From contig OX597818.1 of the NCBI GenBank assembly GCA_951406725.2, positions 23,498,001 through 23,562,000 on the forward strand: DNA of 64,000 bases, given 5' to 3'. Within the stretch, counting starts at the first letter, position 1; the number at the start of each line of letters is the position of its first letter. The position numbers and the translations under genes are program-made. The DNA comes from Octopus vulgaris. Its lineage: Eukaryota. Positions 13,035 to 25,536 of this stretch are shown here, one piece after another. The notes below the pieces were generated by a model. It worked only from the letters and a program-made list of their open reading frames with translations, had not been told where the DNA came from and did no database searches.

Positions 13035-13769
13035 TCTAATATAATAAATGCAAAAACTAATTTCTGGGTGTCAGTGTGTCACACTTTGACTCCAGCTCTC
13101 ACTATTCAATGACACTTCTTCGTGTTGGGGTAAGAGTAATTGAGATGGTGAGAGCGGCGGAGAAGGCAGAGAGAGGGGGGAGGGAGAGAAAGAGAGACAA
13201 AAAATCTAGGGAGAGTTGATGATGTTTTATTAAAAGTGGTAATGTTGATGATGGCAATGGGAGTAATAATAAGAGAGAGAAAGTAGGTATGTGAGAGAAA
13301 GAGGGAGATGATGTATGACTTTCATGGACAGAAATTCCTGTGGTCAGCATACTGAACCAACTACTGAACACTATCATTTTTGCTTTATTTTTTTGCTTCT
13401 TTAATACATATATATATATATATATAATACACTTTAATTGAAATACAGTTTCCCCAAAATTAAACATATCTAATATAATAAATGTGAACGTCAGATTAAA
13501 TTAAAAACATTCCAGGCCGAATCTGGACCTGTAATCCTGCAATTTTGGATTCCTATGTTTTCATTACTGCGATTGTTTTCGGCGATTTTTTTACATGATT
13601 TTTAGTGATGAATATGATCATAATTGGGATATGACTCTAGAGGAAGCAATTGCAACAAATTCTCCAAAACAAGTCAGAGATCTCTTTTCAGATCTTCCCA
13701 TTCGGGGTTAGTTGCTTAAAAGCTACATACTAGCTTAAAAGCCACCCAATAGGGTGTCATTTAAGCTAG
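13035..13769 (+). mobile_element. Non-autonomous Helitron (core 13469-13769) with a second, upstream 5' terminus and a RepHel fragment
   Basis: A|TCTAATATAATAAATG at 13035 and 13469; DEYDHNWDMTLEEAIATNSPKQVRDLF at 13607-13687; caccc-aata-gggtg hairpin then CTAG|T at 13766-13770. Confidence 0.75.
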
Positions 13770-14549
13770 TTAATAATATATCAACTTATATAAATTAGAT
13801 GCTGATAGATAAAACATAAGAAACATACTACAATAAGCAATAAATCATAAGTACTAATATACAAGATGAAGATTGAAACTTGCAAATAATTAAATATTAG
13901 TAAACTAACTTATATAAACTTATTTAAATACTAATAAATAAAACATAGGAAACATAATTCTAAGAATTTTGACATTGATATATTAAAATAAAAGAAGAGG
14001 CTACATGATCACTGTCTGGTTACAGATTACATTACCAGAGAGCTAATTTTCATCTGTACAACCTTTGTAAGCTCTTGCATATGAAAGAAAGACTATTCTT
14101 CAAACTGGATCTTGTGGAGGGGCATAAAGCACCAAAGCAGAAGAGATCATCATTTGAAATGAGGAAAGAGAGACTAACAATCCTGTGGGCAATATTTCAT
14201 GTTTTTTTTCAAATTCACAATTAGGATCATTATCAGCAAAAATCTGCAGACCTTCCCCTATCAATATCATAACCATATTCTTTACAATTAACTAAAGAGT
14301 AGCAGGTGAAACTTCCATGACCTCTTCTTACCCTAGTTCTAATAATATCAGCTTCTCATTAGACAAACATTCTTTATGGTACTCTTGTAACTCAGTGTTA
14401 TCAGTTTGGTTGTATATGATTAAACAATATATGAACAAGCTATTGTAAATACCTGGTTATTTTTCTTTTTTACAAACTGTTCGTCTACTCATGTTTATCG
14501 AAGTTTTTATTTAGAATTTAAACTCGCATGATAAAAGACCTAAATTATG

Positions 14550-15600
14550 TCTTTTTCCCTCAGTTTTGTTTTCTCTTTAGCATAGCAACTTTAGCCCAAG
14601 TAGTCTTCCCTCCCTTCAACAACTCACCTTTAAAACTAACTTCAATGTGTTCTTTTTTTACTAATTTTCAGAAATTCAAATGCATTAATTATGTGTGTCT
14701 AAAAAGAATCTAGCTGTTGCCTATCTTCTTATGAAGACTTACTGATAAAAATAAGTTTTGACTTTTATGAATGCATATCAAGGTTATTCAATGCAGCATT
14801 AAATTTTAACATTCATAGCTTTTGAAGGTAAATAAATGAATAAGTCAATCAGTTTCTTGACCTGCTTGAATTAATGTTCATGTAGTATCAGTGCTGTAAG
14901 CTATACAAAGTGTTATTTATTAGCTGCTTTTTATCTGCATGCTCACGATAGCAATAGCAAATAGTATAACCAGTTGTCAAGAAATCTGAAAGTTGCTAGG
15001 TTAGTTGAAAAATATATAATATTAAATAGTACCACACTTTTCTAAGCATGCAGGCTTTTGATATATAATAAGGCAATAAAAAGCTTGAGAGCAGCTTGAC
15101 TCAGCACACTTGTTATTTGATCTCATATTTACGTACATGTCTAAATATTTTGGAGTGATTATTTGACTAGAGTGAAAGAGTGAAGTTTTTGAATACCAAA
15201 GGTTTTGTACTAGATTCAAATATTGCATAGGTAGGGTTTGAGTGTTGATTTAGAGTTATATGTATGTTGTCTGGCTAGGAGGCCTCTTATATAGTAGACA
15301 AGATGAGTAGGAGTTTAATTCAGTATTCATTCATTAGATTTAATAGTTCAGTGACATCTTTCTGTATCATCTATCTGTCTGGTTATGAATTTCATACAGA
15401 GTTTAGTCATTGATTTGAATTCTATAAATAGTATTTATCTAACATTGCCAGTTATATAAACATTATCTATAAAATGGTCTTCATTGCTGTCTCATGTAGT
15501 TAGTTCTAGTTTGTTTATTTCTTCAATCTGTCTACAGATTCATTAGGTCATCACTCTGTTAACCACCAAGCTAGCTAATGACATAACTTGCTACAACTCT
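14550..15600 (-). mobile_element. Old Penelope-like (RT/GIY-YIG) relic
   Basis: Fragmentary NKCAESSC...CLIIYQK and a downstream H..F....TDL..YI.L pattern resemble the Penelope endonuclease region; many stops. Confidence 0.3.
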
Positions 15601-16020
15601 TAATACAGAAGTGTTTATGATGAAGCCATTTGGATTTCAATCTGGTAGCAACAATTGTGGTGACACTAATTGGTGGAGGTGGCAAACAAAAAACTACCAA
15701 AGACAAAATTTGCTACTTGAAAAATAAGACTAAATGAACTGCAAGTGGGGGGAGGGTTGTTTTTTTCCCCCCATATACTTGGATTATTATGTTGCTAACT
15801 TCAGAATACATAATCTGAGTTGATGTGACTAAAATTCAAACTGTTCTAAAACTTTGTTTTGAACTGTACCTACCACCTGCTTTTAATGTACAAATGTTTA
15901 GAAAATAAATATAATAAAAAGCTTTGTCCTGTCAAAACCCTGTCATAATGACTAGAATATATTTTTGTTAACTTCAACCATTAGAATTGTAATTTCCTTT
16001 TGATTTATGTTGTCTACTTC

Positions 16021-16038
16021 CCCCTAATTTTGCCATAT

Positions 16039-16084
<46 letters not shown>
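16021..16084. repeat. (TA)n microsatellite (others: (GA)n 5755-5778, (CA/TA)n 17428-17520, 40722-40800, 45215-45310, 62460-62785)
   Basis: Directly visible. Confidence 0.95.
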
Positions 16085-16087
<3 letters not shown>

Positions 16088-16107
16088 GTTAGTCTGTTAT
16101 AATAATA

Positions 16108-17320
16108 TTGGGTCATCCCATAAATAATGCAGTTTTTTCAATTACATGAAATAAAAGTTGGAGGGGGTGGAATAAACTACCTGCGTCACTTTGCTATAAA
16201 AGCAGGTAGTAATTTTACCTTGTCCTTACTCTTAGTGCAAGTTTTGAAGAATGCAGTTCAATTTTAGCAGTTATTTTTTCAAAGCTATAATAGAAGTGAC
16301 AAAGGAACATATTTAGCATATTTTGCTTTTTATGAGTTCAATAAAGGCAACAACAGAAAGTGCGAGGAATATTAATGCAGTAAATGGGGATCGGACAATA
16401 AACAGTAGTTCCAAAAACCACAACCTAGAAGACAAGCCTCATCCTGGAAGATCTGTAGAGCTCAACAAGGATGTCCTGCAAACCCTGGTGGAACAAAATC
16501 CCATTGTAACTGTTGAGGAACTAGCAGAGAAGCTTTTGGTCATTCAATCATTCATAGACACCTGTGTGCCATCAGAAAAGTCAGCAAATTGGGTCGATGG
16601 GTTCCTCACAAACTTTCTGAGTCTAATGGGGCTCAGGGAGTAAATGTGTGCTCTTCTTTGCTGTCATGCTTGATGAATGAACTTTTTTTGGACTGAATAG
16701 TGACTGGTGATGAGAAATGGGTTCACTATAAAAATGCCAAACTCCAAAGACAGTGGGTAGGGAAAGGAGAAACACTAGCACCCCAGGCTAAAGAAGGTCT
16801 TTACCCATGTTAGGTGTTGTTATCTGTTTGGTGGGATATGAAAGGTTTAGTCTACCTTGAACTTTTAAACTCAAACCAAACAATAACAAAGGAGATCTAC
16901 TGCGAGCAGCTTTAGTCAGTGCTAGAAGAAAACGATCATCTTTGGTTTCAAGACAAAAGGTGTTCTTCCATCAAGATAATGCTCGGCCACATACAGCGAG
17001 GATGACATTCCGAAGCCTAGAGCAGTTTGAGTGGGAAATAATGCGCCACCCACCGTATTCACTGGATATTGCTTCATCTAATTATCATTTATTCCGTAGT
17101 CTTCAAAATCATTTGAACAGAAAAAATATAAATTCTGTAGACAAGGTCAGAACAGTACTGGAGGAGTATTTTTCATCACAGACAAAGTGAATTTTGGAAG
17201 AGGGGACATACAAGTCTACCATACAGATGGAAGAGCATTGTAGTAAAGAACTTTGTTTATCTTAATTTTGAAAAATAAATTAAGTATAAAAAAACCCACA
17301 TTATTTATGGGATAGCCCAA
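16108..17320 (+). mobile_element. Near full-length mariner (DD34D) transposon with transposase pseudogene
   Basis: TA TSDs; ~30-bp TIRs ttgggtcatcccataaataatg / cattatttatgggatagcccaa; WVPHKL, IVTGDEKW, HQDNARPH-x-HPPYSLDIASSN motifs with stops and frameshifts. Confidence 0.92.
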
Positions 17321-17428
17321 TAGTTGCCTAAGAAAAAATAATGGAGTAGCTGAAACAGTATAGTCAAATAATTTCCTTTCAAATTTTGTATCCTTCCATT
17401 TAATAGTCATGCCCCTTGCCCAAGAAAA

Positions 17429-17459
<31 letters not shown>

Positions 17460-17468
17460 AAATATGTG

Positions 17469-17516
<48 letters not shown>

Positions 17517-19344
17517 AATACAGTATTTTTACACAAAATTTGATGTTTACTAAGGGAAATATCAGTAACTATTTGTTTATAACACTAGTTACAAAAACTA
17601 AAAGTTTCTTCCTCTTACCCTTTTATATTTATTTACATTGCTAATATTTATTTTAGCTTGTTGAATTTCAGACCAAGTGAGCCTGTTTTCTGATTGGGTA
17701 GTATTCAGAAGAGTGATACTGTCTATAACCCTTACCAGACCCTCTCAGACTGGTTAAATCAATGCAGTTGTGTTTATCTTGAATTTCTGTAGATCGAAAT
17801 TTGAAGTGAAAATGGGAGGTGGAAGTGAGTTCTAGGGAAGCACAAATCCATGAAGGAAGGATCTTGTTACAGATTTGTCTGTTATAAATATGTTTACCAA
17901 TGTTTATAAGGTTTATTATCATTTGTACTGTACTGTAGGTATGGTTTCTTTTTTTAATAATGTCAGTATGTTTGTGCAGATAAATAAGACAAGGTTGTTT
18001 GGCACAGACAACCTCAATCAATCAGGTCTATAATTAAAAGTATTCTAGCTGTGACCCTTCTCTTTTTTATCTGACATATTTTATCCAGGATCATACCATC
18101 CAACGTGTTCTTTCCTTTTATAAGGTGGTAGTGTGTGACTTGAAGGATATTTGGCTGCTATTTGTGATCAGATTGCTAATGTCAGAAATAAAAGCATGAA
18201 GTCTTCTTGTTGAGCATCAGTAATTGAAGTTTCTGCATTTGGTAACTGTATTACAAGTGAGCTGTATCTGGAATACAGCTAACTGAGCCACTTGGGTAAA
18301 GTGTAATGAATGGGGGTAATTCTACACAGTTGGTTCAAATCCTCTTGGCAAGCTACCAGTAAATTTGGCTGAAGTTTGAGAAGCAAAAGAGCTTGCAGAC
18401 TGTGTGATGAATGAAAACATTTTGTTCTTTGAATGGTCATCTTTCTGGTGGTGATGATAGTGTTGTAATTGTTCAACCCTCTGATCATGTAAACCTAAAC
18501 ATAAAAACATTCCAGCCATGGTCATCTAGTCTTTTTTGATAGTTTATCCAGAACTACATGATCTAATATCCAATTGTCCAGTGTCTTTCTTATTTCAAGA
18601 AGGCAGGTGTAATTTAAGTGAGGTTTGGTTGCTGTTTCCTGCAGATCAAATGACTATGTAGAGGTTTTCTATTGGCTCAAACCAAGGAAAGTTGTATGTA
18701 ATGATATGACCAAAACATTTGAAATAAATATCCTTTATGTAGGGTGACTGACTAAGTTTGTACAATGCCTAACCCAAATATCATAGTCTTTTTTGAAATT
18801 CTTCTCTGTTTCTATGTCACACTGATATTTTAAGCTCGGACAGTTCATGTGTGTTCACTCTGGATTAAATCACAAAATATGAAAAAGCAAATGAAATGTA
18901 TACTTTAGTGGGCTCTATGTTTTTCAACTTCTCACTTCCATATGAACTTAGAGACTTATAAGTTTACCTTTTCCTATTTGACTTAAAATTTTAATTCTTA
19001 ACAAAGGCACAAAACCTTACATTTATGGGTGGTATGGTCAAACATCAGCATCAGTATTTCACTGGTACTTATTGACTACTAAAGTTTAAGAGACAAAGTC
19101 TATTTCAATGCAATTCAAACTCAAACCATGAAGAGGTGTCTGTAAATGCCACAAAGTATTTTGTCTCCCACTCTGCCTGTTCTGTCAGACCATCACTTGA
19201 ATAAAACATTAAAAGTAGATTTTTTTTGTTTTGTTTATATTTTAATCTTTTTGTAATGTGTATTGATAAACTTTCTTAGGAGGATATTAATTTAAATTTG
19301 GTTTTAAAATAAAAATTAGTCATAGCTCCATTGTTCAATTCTTT

Positions 19345-19560
19345 TGTATACTGGAAGAGGGATCAGATATAATGTGGATGAGGACAGCTGCATAAAGGAG
19401 TGTCGATCATTAAATGCGGATAGAACTTGTGGAAAAGGGAGAGCCAAGAAGACATGGGATAAAGTAGTAAAGACCAACCTCAGGCTGTTGAGCCTCACAG
19501 AGATGATCAGCAACTTGCTGTGCTCAAGAGGACTTGTCCATCTCAGCAAAAATTAGATCC
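19345..19560 (+). mobile_element. RTE LINE 3' fragment
   Basis: DEDSCIKECRSL...GKGRAKKTWDKVV resembles the RTE C-terminal GRP.KTW motif. Confidence 0.6.
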
Positions 19561-20559
19561 TAATAGCATATTATTAATGTCTCTGCCCCACATGCTATCT
19601 ATACTTGTCAAGCCTTCCTCACAACACATCTTCATAACACCCATTCCTCCTTTACGATACTATTTCCTCAGCTCCAGTAAATATATGTGAGCAGAACTGT
19701 ACATATTTTGTACTCTTTCTGAGCTACTAGTTATCCTTCTACTTGGAACTGCTTCCCTTGTCACCCATCTTGCACTTCCAGCATCATCCCTTACCACTTT
19801 ATTTCCTCTGAATGCTCCTTTCCCCTGAACACCCTTTCAAATCTGCTACTGACCACTCCATCATTTTTTCTCATTGCATCCATCCTTACATGCTTCTAAC
19901 TTCCATTTCTGTCACTGTGCATCTTCACATCATCTCCTACATTTCACATTTCTCTTTATTTCTCATTTGTCCATAGTTTTATTGTACTGCTACTCTCCAC
20001 CTCCCACTTTTTTTGTATTGCCATCCAACACCTCCTCTTTGACCCACTCCTATTTTCTTTTATCTTCCCCCTTAACTGAGATTCATCACTGACTATGCCT
20101 CCACCCTTGTTTACCATTCACTGCATTTCTTTCTGTCCTCATTTCTACTATCTGTCACTCTCTTGCCACACTTTTAAAATTACCTACCTACCTATCCTTG
20201 ACTCTTTATCCCTACCCTCTCTTAACTCTGTCATGCCTTATGTATTCTCGTTAAAGCACGAATAGCTTAAATGTCATTTCAAGGTGATAAAATAGTAAAA
20301 TTAGACTACTGAGTAAAATTAGACTACTGATCATGTTGCAACTTTGTAGTCAAGTGTGTTTATGACTCATTGTTAATAGTGTCCTCCATTGCTGTTATTC
20401 ATTTTTGTATTTAATTGAGAAAAAAAACGATTTAGCAATGAAATGAGCATGTGATGAACCCAACACTTTGTCTTGTGAACAAGCAAGGCCTAGACTCTTA
20501 GCAGTTGAAATTATTAATGTTTATTCTTTGGACAAAGGGTTTACACTTACACTAACAAT

Positions 20560-20757
20560 GGGAGTGATTCAATCAACTTAGTGAAAATGATGAGGAAAGT
20601 AGCGATATGGGTGAGAGAAAGGCCTATTATTGTTATTCTCCTGAATCAAAAAAATTCACGAGAATAACGATAATAGGCCTTTCCCTCAACTACAATATTT
20701 GTTCACCCAAATCAGTACTTACCTCATCAATTTCACCAATTTGATTGTCTGAGTTCC
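20560..20757. repeat. Palindromic (fold-back) MITE-like element
   Basis: Arms 20613-20646 and 20654-20687 are nearly perfectly complementary; imperfect pairing continues outward. Confidence 0.75.
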
Positions 20758-21814
20758 TCTCCTGAGCTGTATATGCAACTTTATTTTTTTGCTCCCAGGT
20801 GGAGGGTAATGTTAGACACAGAGACCCAGGTCTAAGAGTGTTAATCTACCCTCTTGTATCTTGTGGGTACACCCTAACTCTTAATTTCCATCATCCTTTC
20901 TCCCTTTCCTGCTGGGGTACAAATGTATCATCTGTACAGCAAGACACCCATTTCTATCATACTCTATCATACATAACGAAAGAAGGGAAATGACTTCAAC
21001 TATAAATTAGAACCAAATCATAGACATTACTTGTGAAAAGCTCTTCAAATTTATCATATTCACTAATATTCTATTTGATTAACATAGTGACAAATCTGCC
21101 TTTGCAGGTCAGTCAAACCCAAACATAAATGACAAAATGAACATTGGATAATACATGCACATACTATATATATCATCAAACTTATTTCTAAAGGATAGAA
21201 TATGAAAAACCTAAAACAAAGAATTGCAAGTAGGTCAGCTTAGCTTCATTGCAGAATATTTTTTTAGTCCCCATCTCACCCCATGTCCTATTTGAGCAAA
21301 CCTGTGACCAAAGGAATTTCTGCTGTAAACATCACGTCTTTTTTCTTCTTTCTCACTTTTTTTTAAATGTTCCCTTGATATGTAATCTAGTGTGTGTGTG
21401 TTACTGTATTATTTCTATCCATTAATTTCCTGTCCTACTTGTATTTTGTTGTCCTTCTCATTTTGTCCTTGTTTATCCGTCACCTCAGTGACATTCCCTA
21501 TATCACTGGTGCAACCAGACAAGCAGTATCATGGAATTTAAAATCTTCAGACTCTAAATGTGAGTCTGGATTTCTTTAGTCAATCAAAGGTATTTCCATG
21601 CTTCCTTGTCTTCCATTCTTTTTTTGTGGTTTCCATGTTCACTTTTGAAATATTCTTTTTACGACTGGCTCAAGGGGGATTTGGCTGCATTTGCAGATTT
21701 AGACATGATAATGAGACAAGTCTTTCAAACAGGTGGAAGAATGTTCAAATCAAATATTATATTACAGCATGGAAAAAAGAATGTTAAATGATGATGATCA
21801 TCATCATCACAGTT

Positions 21815-22110
21815 AAGGATGAGGTACTCCATTGGTTATGATGACAAATGTTCCAGTTCATCCAATCAACAGAACAGTTTGCTCATGAAATTAACATGCA
21901 CATGGCTGAGCACACCACACACACACACATACCCTTAACATAGTTCTGAGAGAGATTCAACATGAAACACAATGTGACACGGTTGGCCCTTTGAATTACA
22001 GTTACAACTCATTTTTACCAGCTGAGTGAACTGGAGCAACATGAAATGAAGTGTTTTACTTAAGAATCAAAAGCACAATCATAAAATCATGAATCCAACA
22101 TGCACCTCCA
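21815..22110 (-). mobile_element. Old SINE sharing its 3' half with the young SINE at 27304
   Basis: gctcatgaaattaacatgcacatggctgagcac...acccttaacatagttct is the reverse complement of the 27560-27680 region. Confidence 0.7.
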
Positions 22111-22220
22111 TAAAGGATGAGATAGAGGAAAGTGGTCAGCAGTGTCTTGTAATAAGAAATGGAGAATCCATAAAACTGTTTAAAACTGAACCGTGTAGAC
22201 TCACGGTTATTGTTTTAAAT

Positions 22221-22727
22221 TAGTAATTCTCAAAGCGGATGGAACTGCCCCCTTGGAGTGGTCAAGAATTTTATGTATACTGGGGATAAACAAGCTGGGT
22301 GGAGTAATAGATGCTTCTGTACTGTTGTTTTTAGATTTTGCCTCATTGAAATATTATCTTTAAAAAAAAAACAATATCATGATTAACTGCTTGTTAGCCA
22401 TAATCACAATAACAACAATATCAATAACAATGATAACAATAACAATACCAACAAAAATAATAGACTTAAGTATATACCACCTAGACTTGAAAATTATAAT
22501 CAATAAACAAGAGTATAATTAAAAAAAAAAAGCATTAAAATTATATGAGTATTTCAGTATATGCAATCAAGGCAGCCACTGCACTTGTAGTGTTAGGTAA
22601 TATCCTTACTTGTGTATATATTTGTACATGTGGTGTATTTAATTTTGCTAAATTACAACAAAGGCTGTTGACAAATATTAGGTGAAAGGAAAGGGGTGAT
22701 AGTTTAAAAAAAGGTTGAGAAGTTCTG
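22221..22727. mobile_element. Degenerate hAT-like MITE
   Basis: tagtaattctcaa / ttgagaagttctg ends; 8-bp flanks ttttaaat / tattaaat. Confidence 0.5.
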
Positions 22728-23143
22728 TATTAAATTGCTTGTTATATTACTTGTAAAAAAAGAAATTTTTTTTTAAAAGTATGCTTCAAGCAGGAATTAA
22801 CTACTGTTGGAAAAGAGAAGCAAAATAAGGTGGTGATGTGGAATGTATACTTGACATATTTAGGTTGTGATGAAATATTGTTTTGTAGAACTATAAAACT
22901 ACATGTAATAATGACCAAGTAGAGTTTATATCCATGTTTTAATCCAATGTAAAATGGCATCATAAATCTTTTCTTATGTCTGACACTTCTTCGAATGATT
23001 TGGTTATTTTATTTCAGTTCATGGACATTTGCTAATGAAAACTGCTACATAGAAATAATATGTGGAAGCTGTTGTATGGTTACAATGGAGATTTGCTATT
23101 GTAAATCATAAAAGAGTATTGCTATTGGCTATTAGTATGCCAA

Positions 23144-25536
23144 TGTGTTAGATAATGCCCTTCTTGACGTGGCTGAAGATTGTTTTCTATCGCAACATGT
23201 TGAATATCCGACAAGGCATCGGTCTGGGCAGCAGCCATCTATGCTAGATCTGGTATTCTCCCGCTATCCAAGATCAGTGTCAGACGTATCTGTGTGCGCC
23301 CCTCTTGCCAAGAGTGATCATGCGGTCCTGAAGTTCGTCATGCACACAACTTTTTCTATGCCCACGATTACTTCGCTGCCACGTAGAGTCTTCTCTGCAA
23401 TTAATCTTGAAATTCTAACCGAGGCTTCCGTGCTTCTGGACTGGTGATCCCTGATGACGTTGTCCTCAGTTGACGAACTATGGTCATCCCTCAAAGCATA
23501 TGTAATCTGTTTGACTGACCATGCAGTTCCCGTTGGGCTTCCCAAGAGGAAGAAACACAAGCCCTGGGTGACGAAGAAGGTTAAACGAGAACGTCGACTC
23601 AGAGATATTGCTTGAGCTGAATTCAAAAATCTGGATTCGACTGCAGCTTTTGAGGTGTACAAAACTCAACGAGACCGAGCCGTGAAAATTGAAAAGAAAG
23701 AACGCTTCAGTTATGAATACAAAATCGCGGCAAATGCCAGTAGCAATCCAAAAACCTTCTTTGCCCATGTCCAGCGGAATTCCCGCTTGAACAACCAGAT
23801 TGCAACGTTGGTAGACTCAACAGGCGTATCGATTGAGGACCCTTATCAACAGAGTCAATTATTTGCCGAGGCTTTTTCAACTATTTTCAAACAAGATGAT
23901 GGTCGTGAACCCCCTCCATTTGATAGATCGGTACCTCCAATGCTTCGATTGGTCATCACGCGGGACGAAGTCAAACGTGTTATTCAAGGCCTCGATGTCA
24001 ACAAGGGTCACGGCCCTGACGGCATACACCCACGGGTTATCAAAGCGTTGGCTCCGGTCATCTGCGAGCCCTTAACACGACTATTCAATATGTCATTGGC
24101 GACGGGTGTTATACCTGCAGACTGGAGAACAGCGATAATCTGCCCAATTTTCAAGAAAGGGAGCCGCGAAGACCTGCTTAACTACCGACCGGTTTCCCTT
24201 ACATCAATAATCAGCAAGATGTTCGAAACCATCCTTAAGAAAAGTATGATGCTCCACCTCCTAAACACAGCCTCGATCACTGATTCCCAACACGGCTTCG
24301 TGCCGAAGAGATCATGCTTGACCAACTTACTAGTAATGGAAGAATTGGTGACGCGCATCCTCGATGATAGTGATGCTGTTGACATCGTTTTATTGGACTT
24401 TGCCAAAGCTTTTGACTCGGTAAACCACCGCCTACTACTTGTCAAGCTTCAAGCATATAGTTTCCATCCGGATATTGTACGATGGGTTGGTGCCTTCCTC
24501 TCAGATCGCTCCTTCCAAGTTCAAGTTAATGGTTCGCGGTCTGACGTCTCCAGTGCGAGCAGTGGCGTGCCTCAAGGTTCAGTGCTTGGGCCCTTGTTGT
24601 TCTTAGTCTTCATAAATGACTTGCCCGACGACCTCACGCAACACACCCTTCTATTTGCCGACGATATCAAACTGGTCGCTCCTCGCGGTAGTATAGAGGA
24701 TCTTCGTCGATGCCTCCACCAAATTTGGAAGTGGTCTAACGATTGGGACCTGTGTCTGAACGTGTCAAAGTGCTGTCATCTGCCTGTCGGCTCTACTCCT
24801 GCAACTCAACTTGATTTCGAGCCGGGTCGTCTGCTGCTGGAGAGGACCGATCAGGTAAAGGACCTGGGTATCTTGGTGGATTCCTCCTTTTCGCCTTCGG
24901 CCCAGTGTGTCCATGCTGCCAACAAAGTGCGCGGAATTCTGTTTTTGATTCGACGGTCATTCGGAATGCTCACAGCAGCCATATTCCTACCACTCTGTCA
25001 TGCTGGTGAGACCCATATTGGAGTATGGGATTCAAGCCTCTTCTCCTTATCTCCTCAAAGACATACAGCATCTCGAAAGAGTCCAGAGGCTGGCTACCCG
25101 CATGGTTCATGGTCTCAAAAATTTGTCCTACGAAGAAAGGCTGAGGACGCTCGACCTTTATTCTCTTGAAAAACGCCGCCGCCGTGGTGATCTCATTCTC
25201 GCCCACAACATCATAAGCGGGAAGTGTAACCTCTCGAAAGAGCTGTTCTTCACTCCTGCTCCGGAGCGTCAGCTGCGGGGTCATTCTGAAAAGCTCTACC
25301 TGCGACGATTTCATCTCAATCGAAGGAGAGGAGCTTTCTCCGTCCGGGTTGCGGATCCGTGGAACAAGCTACCAGACGAGATGGTGAAGATGCCGACGAC
25401 CGCTTTGTTCAAAGCCTCCCTGGACCTCAAGTGGCCTGAACTCTTTACATGAACACCACCCTGTACTTAACTCTATGTCCCCCTACATGGCCTTGCTATT
25501 TGCTTTTGAGCCAAATTAACTAACTAACTAACTAAC
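23144..25536 (+). mobile_element. Young 5'-truncated CR1-group LINE: APE endonuclease C-terminus + reverse transcriptase, (TAAC)n tail
   Basis: PTR...LDLVF...SDH; NYRPVSLTS, QHGF, DFAKAFD, GVPQGSVLGP, FADD, KDLG. Only two stops (23445, 23613) and one frameshift (~24997). Tail at 25517-25536. Confidence 0.95.

Noticed and set aside
19560-20240. Pyrimidine-skewed tract (and purine-skewed tracts at 10300-10650, 11120-11530, 13140-13320)
   Set aside because: Low-complexity decayed sequence; the ORFs have no recognisable domains.
20799-20805. Possible 7-nt microexon (gctcccAG GTGGAGG GTAATG)
   Set aside because: Only splice-like motifs; no homology support and expected by chance in 32 kb.
23655-25169. 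504-aa host gene or active retroelement
   Set aside because: It is a 5'-truncated LINE ORF2 with upstream in-frame stops and a downstream frameshift.
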